DNA from: Actinomycetes bacterium
GTDB lineage: Bacteria; Actinomycetota; Actinomycetes; Mycobacteriales; Micromonosporaceae
Direction of reading: 5' to 3'
NCBI GenBank assembly: GCA_021793335.1
Contig: JAJYSW010000001.1
Span: forward strand, 1-55,428
Length of the DNA stretch: 55,428 bases
Part shown: in pieces, positions 20,786 through 29,246 of the stretch
Layout of the letters: each line of letters starts with the position of its first letter
How positions within the stretch are numbered: position 1 is the first letter of the stretch
The notes under the pieces: generated by a model
The model's database searches: none
The model's input: only the letters and a program-made list of their open reading frames with translations
What the model was told of the DNA's origin: nothing
Translations under genes and position numbers: made by a program

Positions 20786-21114
20786 CCACACGGACGGGCG
20801 GGGTCGGCATTCCACCGGCCGGTCCGGGATCGAAGGACGGCTTCGAGGGCTTGGACCGCCCTGCGGGAGTTGCGTTGGGGCATGTGGGCGGTGCGGCAGG
20901 CGAACCGGCGTTCGTCCTGGTCGATCCGGGGAGAGCCGATCCCGGTGCGGCCGGCGGCGGCCCGGGTCGAAGGCGTGAGCGCGGGGCGCACCGGTATCCG
21001 AGCAGCCGGTCGGTGCGGATGGAGGCCGAGGCGGTCGAAGGGCCGGTGGGCGTCGATGGACGCAGGCACAGGGCCTGGGGCCCCGCGCCCTCTCCCCCGC
21101 TCGGCTCTCGCCGT

Positions 21115-21435
21115 TCAGATACCGGTCACGGTGGTGAGGATGAACGCCGAGTCCTCAAGCGCGGTCACTCCGTGCCGTTCGTGCGGAATGGAGGCGAACT
21201 GGTGCTCGCCCAATTCGACATCGCCGCCGGCGGCCGTGATCCTCACGCGGCCTCGCAGGACCAGGACGGCCGCCGCAGGGGGAGGCTCGTGGTCGTCCAG
21301 CTTGAAACCTTCGGCGAGAACGATGAGGTTCTGCCGCAACGGCCCATCGTGCAGCAGTTGTTCGCTGCTGCGGCCGTGCTTGGACTCCCTGGCCTTGCCG
21401 AGATGCTCGTCGAGCAACTGAGCGAGATCATTCAT
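21115..21435 (-). CDS. Small cupin-domain protein
   Basis: LRQNLIVL..G..LDDHEPP...VLVLRGRV...IPHERHGVTALEDS. RBS GAGGAG. Confidence 0.85.
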   Translation of the reverse strand: MNDLAQLLDEHLGKARESKHGRSSEQLLHDGPLRQNLIVLAEGFKLDDHEPPPAAAVLVLRGRVRITAAGGDVELGEHQFASIPHERHGVTALEDSAFILTTVTGI

Positions 21436-22035
21436 GACAACTCCTCACATGCGGCGGGTGCCGGAGGGCTCCAGATCGATTCGCCCCGCCGAACCGGAGT
21501 ATATGGCCGCCTACAGCTTCAGTCGGGCATTCGGTGCACTCGATTCGCTCGCGGCTCAGCACGGCGATCGGCCGCTGAAAACGAGCCGTTCGGCATCGGC
21601 GTAGCGGAAGACCCCCGGAGGTGAGCACTTCCGCACCTCGGGAATCCGGCCGAGGCGATACCGCGCGAGACGAGGGCTGCGAACCTCAAGGCGGTGTGGC
21701 CGAGAGCGCCCGGGCCCGCCCCGGCCACGAGGAGGGACGGGCACCCCGATCCCGCGGCCGACTCGCGTGCGGCCCCGCCCTCCCCTCCCATCGGGACGAG
21801 GAGGACCCGGCTCCTTCGAACCGGAGCACCGGCGGTGCGGTCCAAGGCCGCAGCGAGGACCCAGTCCAGTTGCGACAGCGGCGTCCAGGCACGCCTCGGT
21901 GTCCCACGTCGCATCTCGACCACACCACGAGACGCCCTATGATCGGCACTCATATCCCTTGGGGCCTCATATGACCGAGACGGGTCGGACGCCGATCCTC
22001 CGTCCGGTTCTTGCACTTTGAACGGCCTGGAGCCC

Positions 22036-22064
22036 TTGACAAAAACCGCCATCGGCGTCAGACT
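22036..22064 (+). promoter_or_regulatory. Housekeeping-sigma promoter of the MFS gene
   Basis: TTGACA-N17-CAGACT, followed by a 9-bp inverted repeat at 22075-22098. Confidence 0.6.
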
Positions 22065-22133
22065 GGTGACACTTGCGGCAATCGCGGAGGATTGCCGCTT
22101 AGCCCCACCTTCAGGCTTCTCTAGGAAGGCCCC

Positions 22134-23471
22134 GTGTCGCACCAGAACCCCGAGTCGCCCGACACCGGTGCGCCCGAGGACCCGGCCCCCGAACGCAAAC
22201 CCACATTCGGGGACATCTTCGGCAACCGGGAGGCCTCCGCCTTCCTCACCGCCTTCTGTCTCTCCAGCGCCGGCGCCATGCTCAACCGCGTCGCCGTCAC
22301 CTTCCTGGTCTGGAGCAACACCAACTCCGCGGCCCTCGCCGCGGCCTCGTTCGCGATCAGCTTCGCGCCGTATCTCGGGCTCGCCCAGATCCTCGGGACC
22401 ATCGTCGACCGCTACGCCTACCGCAACGTGATGATCCTGTGCGATCTCCTGCGCGCGGGACTGGTCGCGCTGCTGCTCATCCCCGGGATGTCCGTCCCGG
22501 CAATGATGATCGTCGTCTTCGCCATCGCCGCGGTCCAACCGGCCTACAACGCGGCCCGCACCTCCACCCTCGCCCAGATCGTCACCGGCGAGGCCCTCTC
22601 GGTCGCCATCGCGCTCAATCTCAGCGCCTCGGGCGCGGCCCAGATCATGGGCTATCTCGCCGGCGGCCTGCTCGCGGCCCTCGATCCGCATACGGCCCTG
22701 GCCGTCAACGCCGCCATGTTCGCCCTCAGCGCGCTCGCGGTGTTCCTGCTCGTCGAGCACCGCCCGTCGGTCAACAGGAGAGAAGAGCGCCGGCCCGTGC
22801 TGGTCGAGACCGCCGCGGGCCTGAAGATGCTGCGCGACAACCGGGTCCTGCGCACCGTGTCCTTCTCCATCTGGGGGCTGTACGCATTGGCGGCCGTCCC
22901 CGAGGGCGTGGCGGTGCTGTGGGCAGTCCACCTCGACGGCGGCTCGGTCACACAGGGCTCGATCATGGCCGTCGACGCCGCCGCCGCCATCGTCGGGATG
23001 CTGCTGTTCACCAGGCTCGTCACTCCCTCGCTGCGCGATAAGCTGATCCGGCCGCTCTCCTTCGCCGCACCGCTGGTACTGGCCACCGCGCTGTTCGACC
23101 CGCCGCTGATCGGGGTCTTCCTCATCGCGATCGGCATCGGGCTGTCCACGGCCATCATGGCGCCGCTGAACGGCACGCTCGCCCAGTGCATCCCCGACGG
23201 CTGGCGCGGCAGGATCGTCTCCACGGTGAACGGCGGCCTCCAGCTCAGTCAGGGCGCGGCCATCGCCGGCGTCGGATTCGTGGCCGAGCTGGGCGTGCCC
23301 GTCCCCTATGCGGTCGGCGTCTGGGGCCTATTGGGACTGGGCATCATGGCGCTGGTGACGCGCAATTGGCCCGACACCGATGAAATCCGCGCCGCCAAGG
23401 AGGCCGCTGCTCCCACTCCGCCCCAGGACGCCACAGTTCCCGAATCAGGGGCTAGGCTCGAATCGTCCTGA
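22134..23471 (+). CDS. MFS transporter
   Basis: About 12 hydrophobic segments; motif A GTIVDRYAYRNVMILCDLLR; PDGWRGR in the second half. Confidence 0.9.
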   Translation: MSHQNPESPDTGAPEDPAPERKPTFGDIFGNREASAFLTAFCLSSAGAMLNRVAVTFLVWSNTNSAALAAASFAISFAPYLGLAQILGTIVDRYAYRNVMILCDLLRAGLVALLLIPGMSVPAMMIVVFAIAAVQPAYNAARTSTLAQIVTGEALSVAIALNLSASGAAQIMGYLAGGLLAALDPHTALAVNAAMFALSALAVFLLVEHRPSVNRREERRPVLVETAAGLKMLRDNRVLRTVSFSIWGLYALAAVPEGVAVLWAVHLDGGSVTQGSIMAVDAAAAIVGMLLFTRLVTPSLRDKLIRPLSFAAPLVLATALFDPPLIGVFLIAIGIGLSTAIMAPLNGTLAQCIPDGWRGRIVSTVNGGLQLSQGAAIAGVGFVAELGVPVPYAVGVWGLLGLGIMALVTRNWPDTDEIRAAKEAAAPTPPQDATVPESGARLESS

Positions 23472-23493
23472 CCGGGTATCACAGGAGTATGTC

Positions 23494-24738
23494 GTGGAAC
23501 ACAGCAAGACCGTCGAGCTGCGCGGGCACCTCATCGACCAGGGCGTCTTCGCCCGTGTGATGGACGACGTCCTCGAATACTCGGGGGCCTATTCGATCGA
23601 CCGTTTCGACGTCGGACGGCATCACACCGACGAGTCCTACGTCCAGCTGACGGTCTCGGCCGAGACCTCCGAGCTGGTGGAGCGCATCGTCATGCGCCTC
23701 CAGACGCACGGCGCCAACCCGATCGATCCGGGTGTCGCGACGGTCAGGCCGGCTCCGAGCGACGGCGTCTTCCCCGAAGACTTCTATTCGACGACGAACT
23801 TCGACACCCTCATCCGCCTGGACGAGGGCTGGATCGAGGTCGAGAACTCGGAGATGGACTGCGGCATCATCGTCTCCGCCGACCGTCGCGCGGCCCGTAC
23901 GCTCCCGGTCGCGGACGTGCGAGCCGGCGAGCTGGTCGTCTGCGGCGGCGAGGGCGTCAAGGTCCTGCCGCTGCCCGAGCCCGAACGGGAGGACCCCGAG
24001 TCCTCGAACTTCGAGTTCATGTCCTCGGGCGTCTCCTCGGAGCGTCCGCAGGCCCTCCAGGTGCGCCGGATCGCCGAGATGATGCGCGAGGTCAAGGACC
24101 GCGGCGAGAAGATCCTGTGGGTCGGCGGCCCCGCGATCGTCCACACCGGCGCGGGCAAGGCCATGGAGGCGCTCATCGACGAGGGCTATGTCGACATCCT
24201 CTTCGCGGGCAACGCGCTCGCCGCCCATGACATCGAGTCCTCGCTGTTCGGCACCTCGCTGGGCGTCGACCTCGACAAGGGCCACGGCGTGCCGCACGGC
24301 CACGAGCACCACATCCGTGCGATCAACAAGATCCGCGCCTCCGGATCGATCGCCGCCGCCGTGGCCGACGGCGTGCTGCGCCGCGGCATCATGCATTCGA
24401 TGGTCGAGAACGGCAAGCAGTACGTGCTGGTCGGTTCGGTCCGCGACGACGGACCGCTGCCGGATGTCTACACCGACGTCATCGACGGCCAGCGGGCCAT
24501 GCGCTCGCAACTGCCGGGCGTCGGCTTCGCGATCATGGTGGCGACCATGCTGCACTCGATCGCCACCGGGAACCTGCTGCCCGCCACGGTGCCGCTGGTC
24601 AGCGTCGACATCAACCCCGCGACGGTCACGAAGCTGGCCGACCGCGGCTCGGCCCAGGCGATCGGCGTCATCACCGACATCGGCCTGTTCTGCGAGCAGC
24701 TCGCCGGGGAGCTCGTCGTCGGATACAAGCAGGACTGA
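23494..24738 (+). CDS. TIGR00300-family protein (putative ornithine cyclodeaminase, ArgZ/AgrE C-terminal-like)
   Basis: LRGHLID, DGVFPEDFYSTTN, EMDC, FEFMSSGVSSE, GGPAIVHTG, GSVRDDGPLPD, KLADRGS. Confidence 0.85.
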   Translation: MEHSKTVELRGHLIDQGVFARVMDDVLEYSGAYSIDRFDVGRHHTDESYVQLTVSAETSELVERIVMRLQTHGANPIDPGVATVRPAPSDGVFPEDFYSTTNFDTLIRLDEGWIEVENSEMDCGIIVSADRRAARTLPVADVRAGELVVCGGEGVKVLPLPEPEREDPESSNFEFMSSGVSSERPQALQVRRIAEMMREVKDRGEKILWVGGPAIVHTGAGKAMEALIDEGYVDILFAGNALAAHDIESSLFGTSLGVDLDKGHGVPHGHEHHIRAINKIRASGSIAAAVADGVLRRGIMHSMVENGKQYVLVGSVRDDGPLPDVYTDVIDGQRAMRSQLPGVGFAIMVATMLHSIATGNLLPATVPLVSVDINPATVTKLADRGSAQAIGVITDIGLFCEQLAGELVVGYKQD

Positions 24739-24861
24739 GCCCGTCGCCGCGTCCTCGGGGTCGATGCATCCACCACCGCAAGGCGTTCACCGAGGCAGGG
24801 CCGCGGCGCACCTGCCGCCGCTTGAACCGAGGACGCGGTGTCGGGACTGATCACGATCAGC

Positions 24862-24904
24862 CACAAAGGCCGGTCCGCTCACATCGAGCGGACCGGCCTT
24901 TGTG
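24862..24904. terminator. Intrinsic terminator hairpin
   Basis: cacaaaggccggtccgctc-acatc-gagcggaccggcctttgtg, a perfect 19-bp stem. Confidence 0.8.
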
Positions 24905-24935
24905 ATCGCGGCTGGTGGTTTATCGTGGACATTGA

Positions 24936-24980
24936 TTGACATCACATCGATAATTGTTTATATTTGGTCGAACGACCAAA
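24936..24980 (+). promoter_or_regulatory. GH74 promoter with overlapping palindromic operator
   Basis: TTGACA(24936)-N17-TATATT(24959). TTTGGTCG-AA-CGACCAAA at 24963-24980. Confidence 0.65.
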
Positions 24981-25042
24981 CCAGGTGCCCCGGCCACGGT
25001 TGGGGGCGACAGCCGCGGGCGCCGCCGCTCGAAAGCAGATCG

Positions 25043-27781
25043 ATGAAACAGAGCAGACTCCTCGGGCTCTTGACCGTGGGCGCGGTGACCGCGGCCACCG
25101 CGGCATTCGTCCAGGTGACCGCCCATTCCCAGACCACCGAGCCACAACAGACCGAGACCTACACCTGGAGCAACGCCGCCATCGCGGGCGGCGGCTTCGT
25201 GCCCGGCATCGTGTTCAACGAGACCGAGGCCGACCTGATCTACGCCCGCACCGACATCGGGGGCCTCTACCGCTGGCAGGAGTCCTCACAGACCTGGAAG
25301 CCCCTGCTCGACTGGATCGGCTGGGACGAATGGGGCTACACCGGCGTCGTCTCCGTCGCCACCGACCCGGTCGAGCCGAACCGCGTCTACGCCGCGGTCG
25401 GCACCTATACCAACGACTGGGACCCCAACAACGGCGCCGTCCTCTACTCCGACGACCGCGGCGAGACCTGGGGCGTGGCCGAACTCCCCTTCAAACAGGG
25501 CGGCAACATGCCCGGCCGGGGCATGGGCGAACGCCTCGCCATCGACCCCACCGACAACTCGACGCTGTATCTGGGCACCCCCGGCGGCAATGGACTGTGG
25601 AAGTCCACCGATTACGGCCGCACCTGGGCCGAAGTCGCGAACTTCCCCAACCCCGGCGACTTCGCGGCCACGCCCGGCGACCCCTACCTCGGCGACAACC
25701 AGGGCGTCGTCTGGATCGAATTCGACCCCGATGACGGCACCGCCTATGTCGGCGTCGCCGACCCCGAGGACCCCGTCTACGTCTCCGAGGACGACGGCGC
25801 GACCTGGACGCCCCTGGCCGGCGCCGCGCAGATCGGCACCGTCGACGGCTACCCCAACATCCCCAAACAGGCCGCCATCGACCCGGTGAACGACCACCTC
25901 TACATCATCACCTCCTGGGACCCGGGCCCCTACAACGGACCGCCCAACGAAGAGGGCGATGAACGCGGCGGCTCGGTATGGCGCCACGACATCACCGACG
26001 GCACCTGGACCGAGATCCACCCCGGCCCCAACGGCACCGACTACCAGGGCTTCGGTTTCGGCGGCCTGACACTCGACCGGCAGAGCCCCGGCACGCTGAT
26101 GGTCTCCAGCATCAACGCCTGGTGGCCCGACGAGACCACGTACCGCTCCACCGACTCCGGCGAGACCTGGACCCAGTCGTGGACACTGGACGGCTGGCCC
26201 AACCGCGTCAACCGCTACGAGATCGACCACTCCTCAGTGCCCTGGCTCGACTGGGGCGTCACCGCCACCGAACCCGAACAGAACCCCAAATGGGGTTGGA
26301 TGATCGACGCGATGGCGATCGACCCGCACGACTCCGACCGGGTCATGTGGGGCACCGGCGCGACCATCTACGGCTCGGAGGACCTCACCAACTGGGACGC
26401 CGACCGGACCTTCCACGTCGCCCCGATGGTCCACGGCATCGAGGAGACCGCCGTCAACGACCTCGCCGCCCCGCCCTCGGGCCCCGAGCTGTACAGCGCG
26501 CTGCTCGACATCGGCGGCTTCGTCCACACCGACCTCGACACCGTGCCCGACTCCTTCTACCAGACCCCGCACCACGGCGCCACCAACTCGATCGACTTCG
26601 CCGAACTCGACCCGGGCGTCGTCGTCCGCGTCGGCGACGGCGAGGAGGGACCGGGCATCGGCTTCTCGTCCAACTCGGGCGGCTCCTGGTGGTCCGGGCA
26701 GACGCCGAGCGGCGCCACCGCTGCCGGAACCGTCGCCGTGACCGCGGACGCCGCGGCGGTCGTGTGGGCGCCCGAGGGCCTCGCCCCGCAGCGCTCGACC
26801 GATTACGGCTCGTCCTGGACGGCCGTGAGCGGCCTGCCCGAAGCCGCGCGGGTCGAGTCCGACCGGGCCGACGCCGACCGCGTCTACGGCTTCGCCGACG
26901 GACGGTTCTACTACAGCGCCGACGGCGGCGCGAGCTTCACCGCCTCGTCGTACGCGGACTTCCCGACCTCGGGCAACATCCGCTTCGGCGCCGTCCCCGG
27001 CAACACCGGGCACGTGTGGCTCGCCGGCGGCGAGGACGAGGGCGTCTACGGCATGTGGCGCTCGACCGACGGCGGCGAGAACTGGACGCGGGTCACCGGG
27101 TTCGACGCGGCCGACACCGTCGGTTTCGGGGCCCCGGCCCCCGGCCAGGATTACCCGGCCGTCTACGCCAGCGCCTCCTACGACGGCGAGCGCGGCATCT
27201 GGCGCTCGGTCGACGAGGGGGCCACTTGGAAGCGCATCAACGACGACGCCAACCAGTGGGCGTGGACCGGCGGCGCCATCACCGGCGACCCGAACGTGTT
27301 CGGACGCGTCTACGTCGGCACCAACGGCCGCGGCGTCATCGTCGGCGAGTCGAGCGACTACGTGCCGGAGGAGCCGAGCCAGACGCCCTCGCAGACGCCG
27401 AGCGAGGACCCCACCGAGGAACCGACCGAAGACCCGAGCGAGGACCCGACCGAAGACCCGACCACCGAGCCGCCGACCGGCGACTGCGTCGTGGACTGGG
27501 CGGCGACCAACACCTGGTCGGGCGGGTACCAGGGCAACATCACGGTCACCAACGGGACCGGGGCCGCCGCCGAAGGGTGGACCGTCCAGTGGACGTTCGC
27601 CGGTGACGATCAGGTCGCGAACCTGTGGGGCGGCGAGTGGAGCCAGGAGGGCGACACCGTCACCGTGACCAACGCCGACTGGAACGGGGCCGTCGCCGAC
27701 GGCGCCTCGGTCGAGATCGGCTACACCGCCTCGAACAGCGGCACACCGGGTGTCGCCGAGGCGAGCTGCTCACTGAGCTGA
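25043..27781 (+). CDS. Secreted GH74 xyloglucanase with C-terminal CBM2
   Basis: Signal peptide; GGGFVPG, YARTDIGG and LLDIGGF catalytic Asp motifs; Asp-box SxDxGxTW repeats; PT/ED linker; Cys-bounded CBM2 (WSGGYQG...W...WNG). Confidence 0.95.
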   Translation: MKQSRLLGLLTVGAVTAATAAFVQVTAHSQTTEPQQTETYTWSNAAIAGGGFVPGIVFNETEADLIYARTDIGGLYRWQESSQTWKPLLDWIGWDEWGYTGVVSVATDPVEPNRVYAAVGTYTNDWDPNNGAVLYSDDRGETWGVAELPFKQGGNMPGRGMGERLAIDPTDNSTLYLGTPGGNGLWKSTDYGRTWAEVANFPNPGDFAATPGDPYLGDNQGVVWIEFDPDDGTAYVGVADPEDPVYVSEDDGATWTPLAGAAQIGTVDGYPNIPKQAAIDPVNDHLYIITSWDPGPYNGPPNEEGDERGGSVWRHDITDGTWTEIHPGPNGTDYQGFGFGGLTLDRQSPGTLMVSSINAWWPDETTYRSTDSGETWTQSWTLDGWPNRVNRYEIDHSSVPWLDWGVTATEPEQNPKWGWMIDAMAIDPHDSDRVMWGTGATIYGSEDLTNWDADRTFHVAPMVHGIEETAVNDLAAPPSGPELYSALLDIGGFVHTDLDTVPDSFYQTPHHGATNSIDFAELDPGVVVRVGDGEEGPGIGFSSNSGGSWWSGQTPSGATAAGTVAVTADAAAVVWAPEGLAPQRSTDYGSSWTAVSGLPEAARVESDRADADRVYGFADGRFYYSADGGASFTASSYADFPTSGNIRFGAVPGNTGHVWLAGGEDEGVYGMWRSTDGGENWTRVTGFDAADTVGFGAPAPGQDYPAVYASASYDGERGIWRSVDEGATWKRINDDANQWAWTGGAITGDPNVFGRVYVGTNGRGVIVGESSDYVPEEPSQTPSQTPSEDPTEEPTEDPSEDPTEDPTTEPPTGDCVVDWAATNTWSGGYQGNITVTNGTGAAAEGWTVQWTFAGDDQVANLWGGEWSQEGDTVTVTNADWNGAVADGASVEIGYTASNSGTPGVAEASCSLS

Positions 27782-27786
27782 CACGG

Positions 27787-27823
27787 GCGGCGCCGGGACC
27801 GTGCGGCCCCGGCGCCGCTCTTT
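27787..27823 (+). terminator. Stem-loop after GH74
   Basis: gcggcgccggg...cccggcgccgc followed by tcttt. Confidence 0.55.
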
Positions 27824-27941
27824 CCGCGGCGTCCGCCTCCGGGCGGGCCCGGACCCCAGGCCCACAACTGCATATCGACGAAATCGACGACCCCGAATGC
27901 CAACTGCATGAGAAGCGAGTCCAACGAACGAGAGAAGCGAA

Positions 27942-29099
27942 ATGATACGAATACTCAGACGGAAGACCGCCGTGCTCGGCGCGGCGGCTCTGGCCGCCGC
28001 GATGGCGCTGGCGTCCTTCGTCCTCATCACACAGTCCGCGGGAGCCGAGACGGCGGCCCCGGACGACGCCGCCGCGGCCCAGTCCTGCGGCGGAGGCGAT
28101 GCGGTCGTGACCGGAAGCCAGTCCTCGGGCTTCACCACCACCTACCGCGGTCAGACCGTCTATCAAGGCGATCTCTATATCACCGCGATCTGGGAGGCGA
28201 TCGGTGCGCTCGATCCGAACCGCACCGCTCAAGAGAAGGTCTCGGTCATGGCCAGCGCCTGGATCGGCGACAATGCCATCGACCTGCCCAGCCACACCGC
28301 GTTCGAGGTCTGCGGCACCATGGACGTGGGCCACGCCGCCGGCAAGGGGGCGGTGCAGGCCATCGGGGCGAGCGACGTGTCGATCCCGCACATGAACATG
28401 ACGGGGAATCCCTACTTCGGCATGCGGTTCGCCGACGTCCACGGCCTGCACTTGGGCGATATCGACATGAACCTGAGCGGCGGGCTCGGCATCCGCTTCG
28501 AGCGGGACCTGCCCGGCAGCACGGACGTGACCATGGACGACGTCTTCGTCTCGGGTGCCGGAAGCCATGCCGTGGAGACCTGGAACATCGACGGGTTCGA
28601 CATCGGCAGGGTCACCGCCCGCGACGTCGGCGAGTCGGGCCTGCTGATCCAGAATTCGACGAACGGCTGGGTCGGCACCGTCGACGGCGACAACGTCGGC
28701 GCCGGCACCGGCTATGCGACTTTCCGCATGGCCAACAACAACGGCCAGAACGCCAACGGCAATTACAACACCAATATCTGGGTCGACAACGTCATCTCGC
28801 GCGGCGGCGGCCGGGGCGTCTTCTGCGTCTCGCAGTCCGGCGGCGTCGTCATCGAGAACGTCGATCTGGCCGGCAACGGCAACAACGCGATCCTGATCGA
28901 GAACTGCTATAACGTCTCGATCCGGGGCGGTTCGGTCGACGGCGGCGGCGAGGTCCGCGTGGCCGCCCGAGACGAGTTCCCCAACACCAGGGACGTGTGG
29001 ATCACCCTGGAAGTGAACAACACCTCGGTACGCGAGTCCCCCTGCGGCGACAACATCAACTGGACCCTCTCGGGCAACGCGTCCGTGAACGTCTGCTGA
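27942..29099 (+). CDS. Secreted right-handed beta-helix (pectin-lyase-fold-like) protein, uncharacterised
   Basis: Signal peptide; Asn/Gly/Val/Ile-rich beta repeats; HAVETWNIDG, GTGYATFR, RGGGRGVFCVSQSGG. Confidence 0.75.
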   Translation: MIRILRRKTAVLGAAALAAAMALASFVLITQSAGAETAAPDDAAAAQSCGGGDAVVTGSQSSGFTTTYRGQTVYQGDLYITAIWEAIGALDPNRTAQEKVSVMASAWIGDNAIDLPSHTAFEVCGTMDVGHAAGKGAVQAIGASDVSIPHMNMTGNPYFGMRFADVHGLHLGDIDMNLSGGLGIRFERDLPGSTDVTMDDVFVSGAGSHAVETWNIDGFDIGRVTARDVGESGLLIQNSTNGWVGTVDGDNVGAGTGYATFRMANNNGQNANGNYNTNIWVDNVISRGGGRGVFCVSQSGGVVIENVDLAGNGNNAILIENCYNVSIRGGSVDGGGEVRVAARDEFPNTRDVWITLEVNNTSVRESPCGDNINWTLSGNASVNVC

Positions 29100-29100
29100 C
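28933..29100 (+). repeat. 168-bp exact direct repeat, copy 1 (3' end of beta-helix gene A)
   Basis: cggtcgacggcggcggcgagg...gtctgctgac is identical to 30637-30804. Confidence 0.92.
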
Positions 29101-29106
29101 GCCCAC

Positions 29107-29216
29107 TGAAACGTTCCAAAACAAAACGTCCTTATCGGAGGTGATAGGTCCGAGATGTCGAACCGGAGCGGCGGCATCCCCCGACGTCGGTGCTCCGGTT
29201 CGTTTTAATCGTTTCA
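29107..29216. promoter_or_regulatory. Two LacI-type operator-like sites flanking an 11-bp inverted repeat
   Basis: TGAAACGTTCCA (29107) and TTAATCGTTTCA (29205); cgaaccggagc/gctccggttcg at 29159-29202. Confidence 0.5.
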
Positions 29217-29246
29217 TTCTCCTGCTCGAACAAAAGGAATCACGCC

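Noticed and set aside
20440-22021. Short ORFs around the cupin gene (e.g. 21621-21974, 20478-20675)
   Set aside because: Low-complexity Arg/Pro/Gly composition, no motifs and no properly spaced RBS.
27365-27480. Short tandem repeats in GH74
   Set aside because: This is an ordinary Pro/Thr/Glu/Asp linker before the CBM2.
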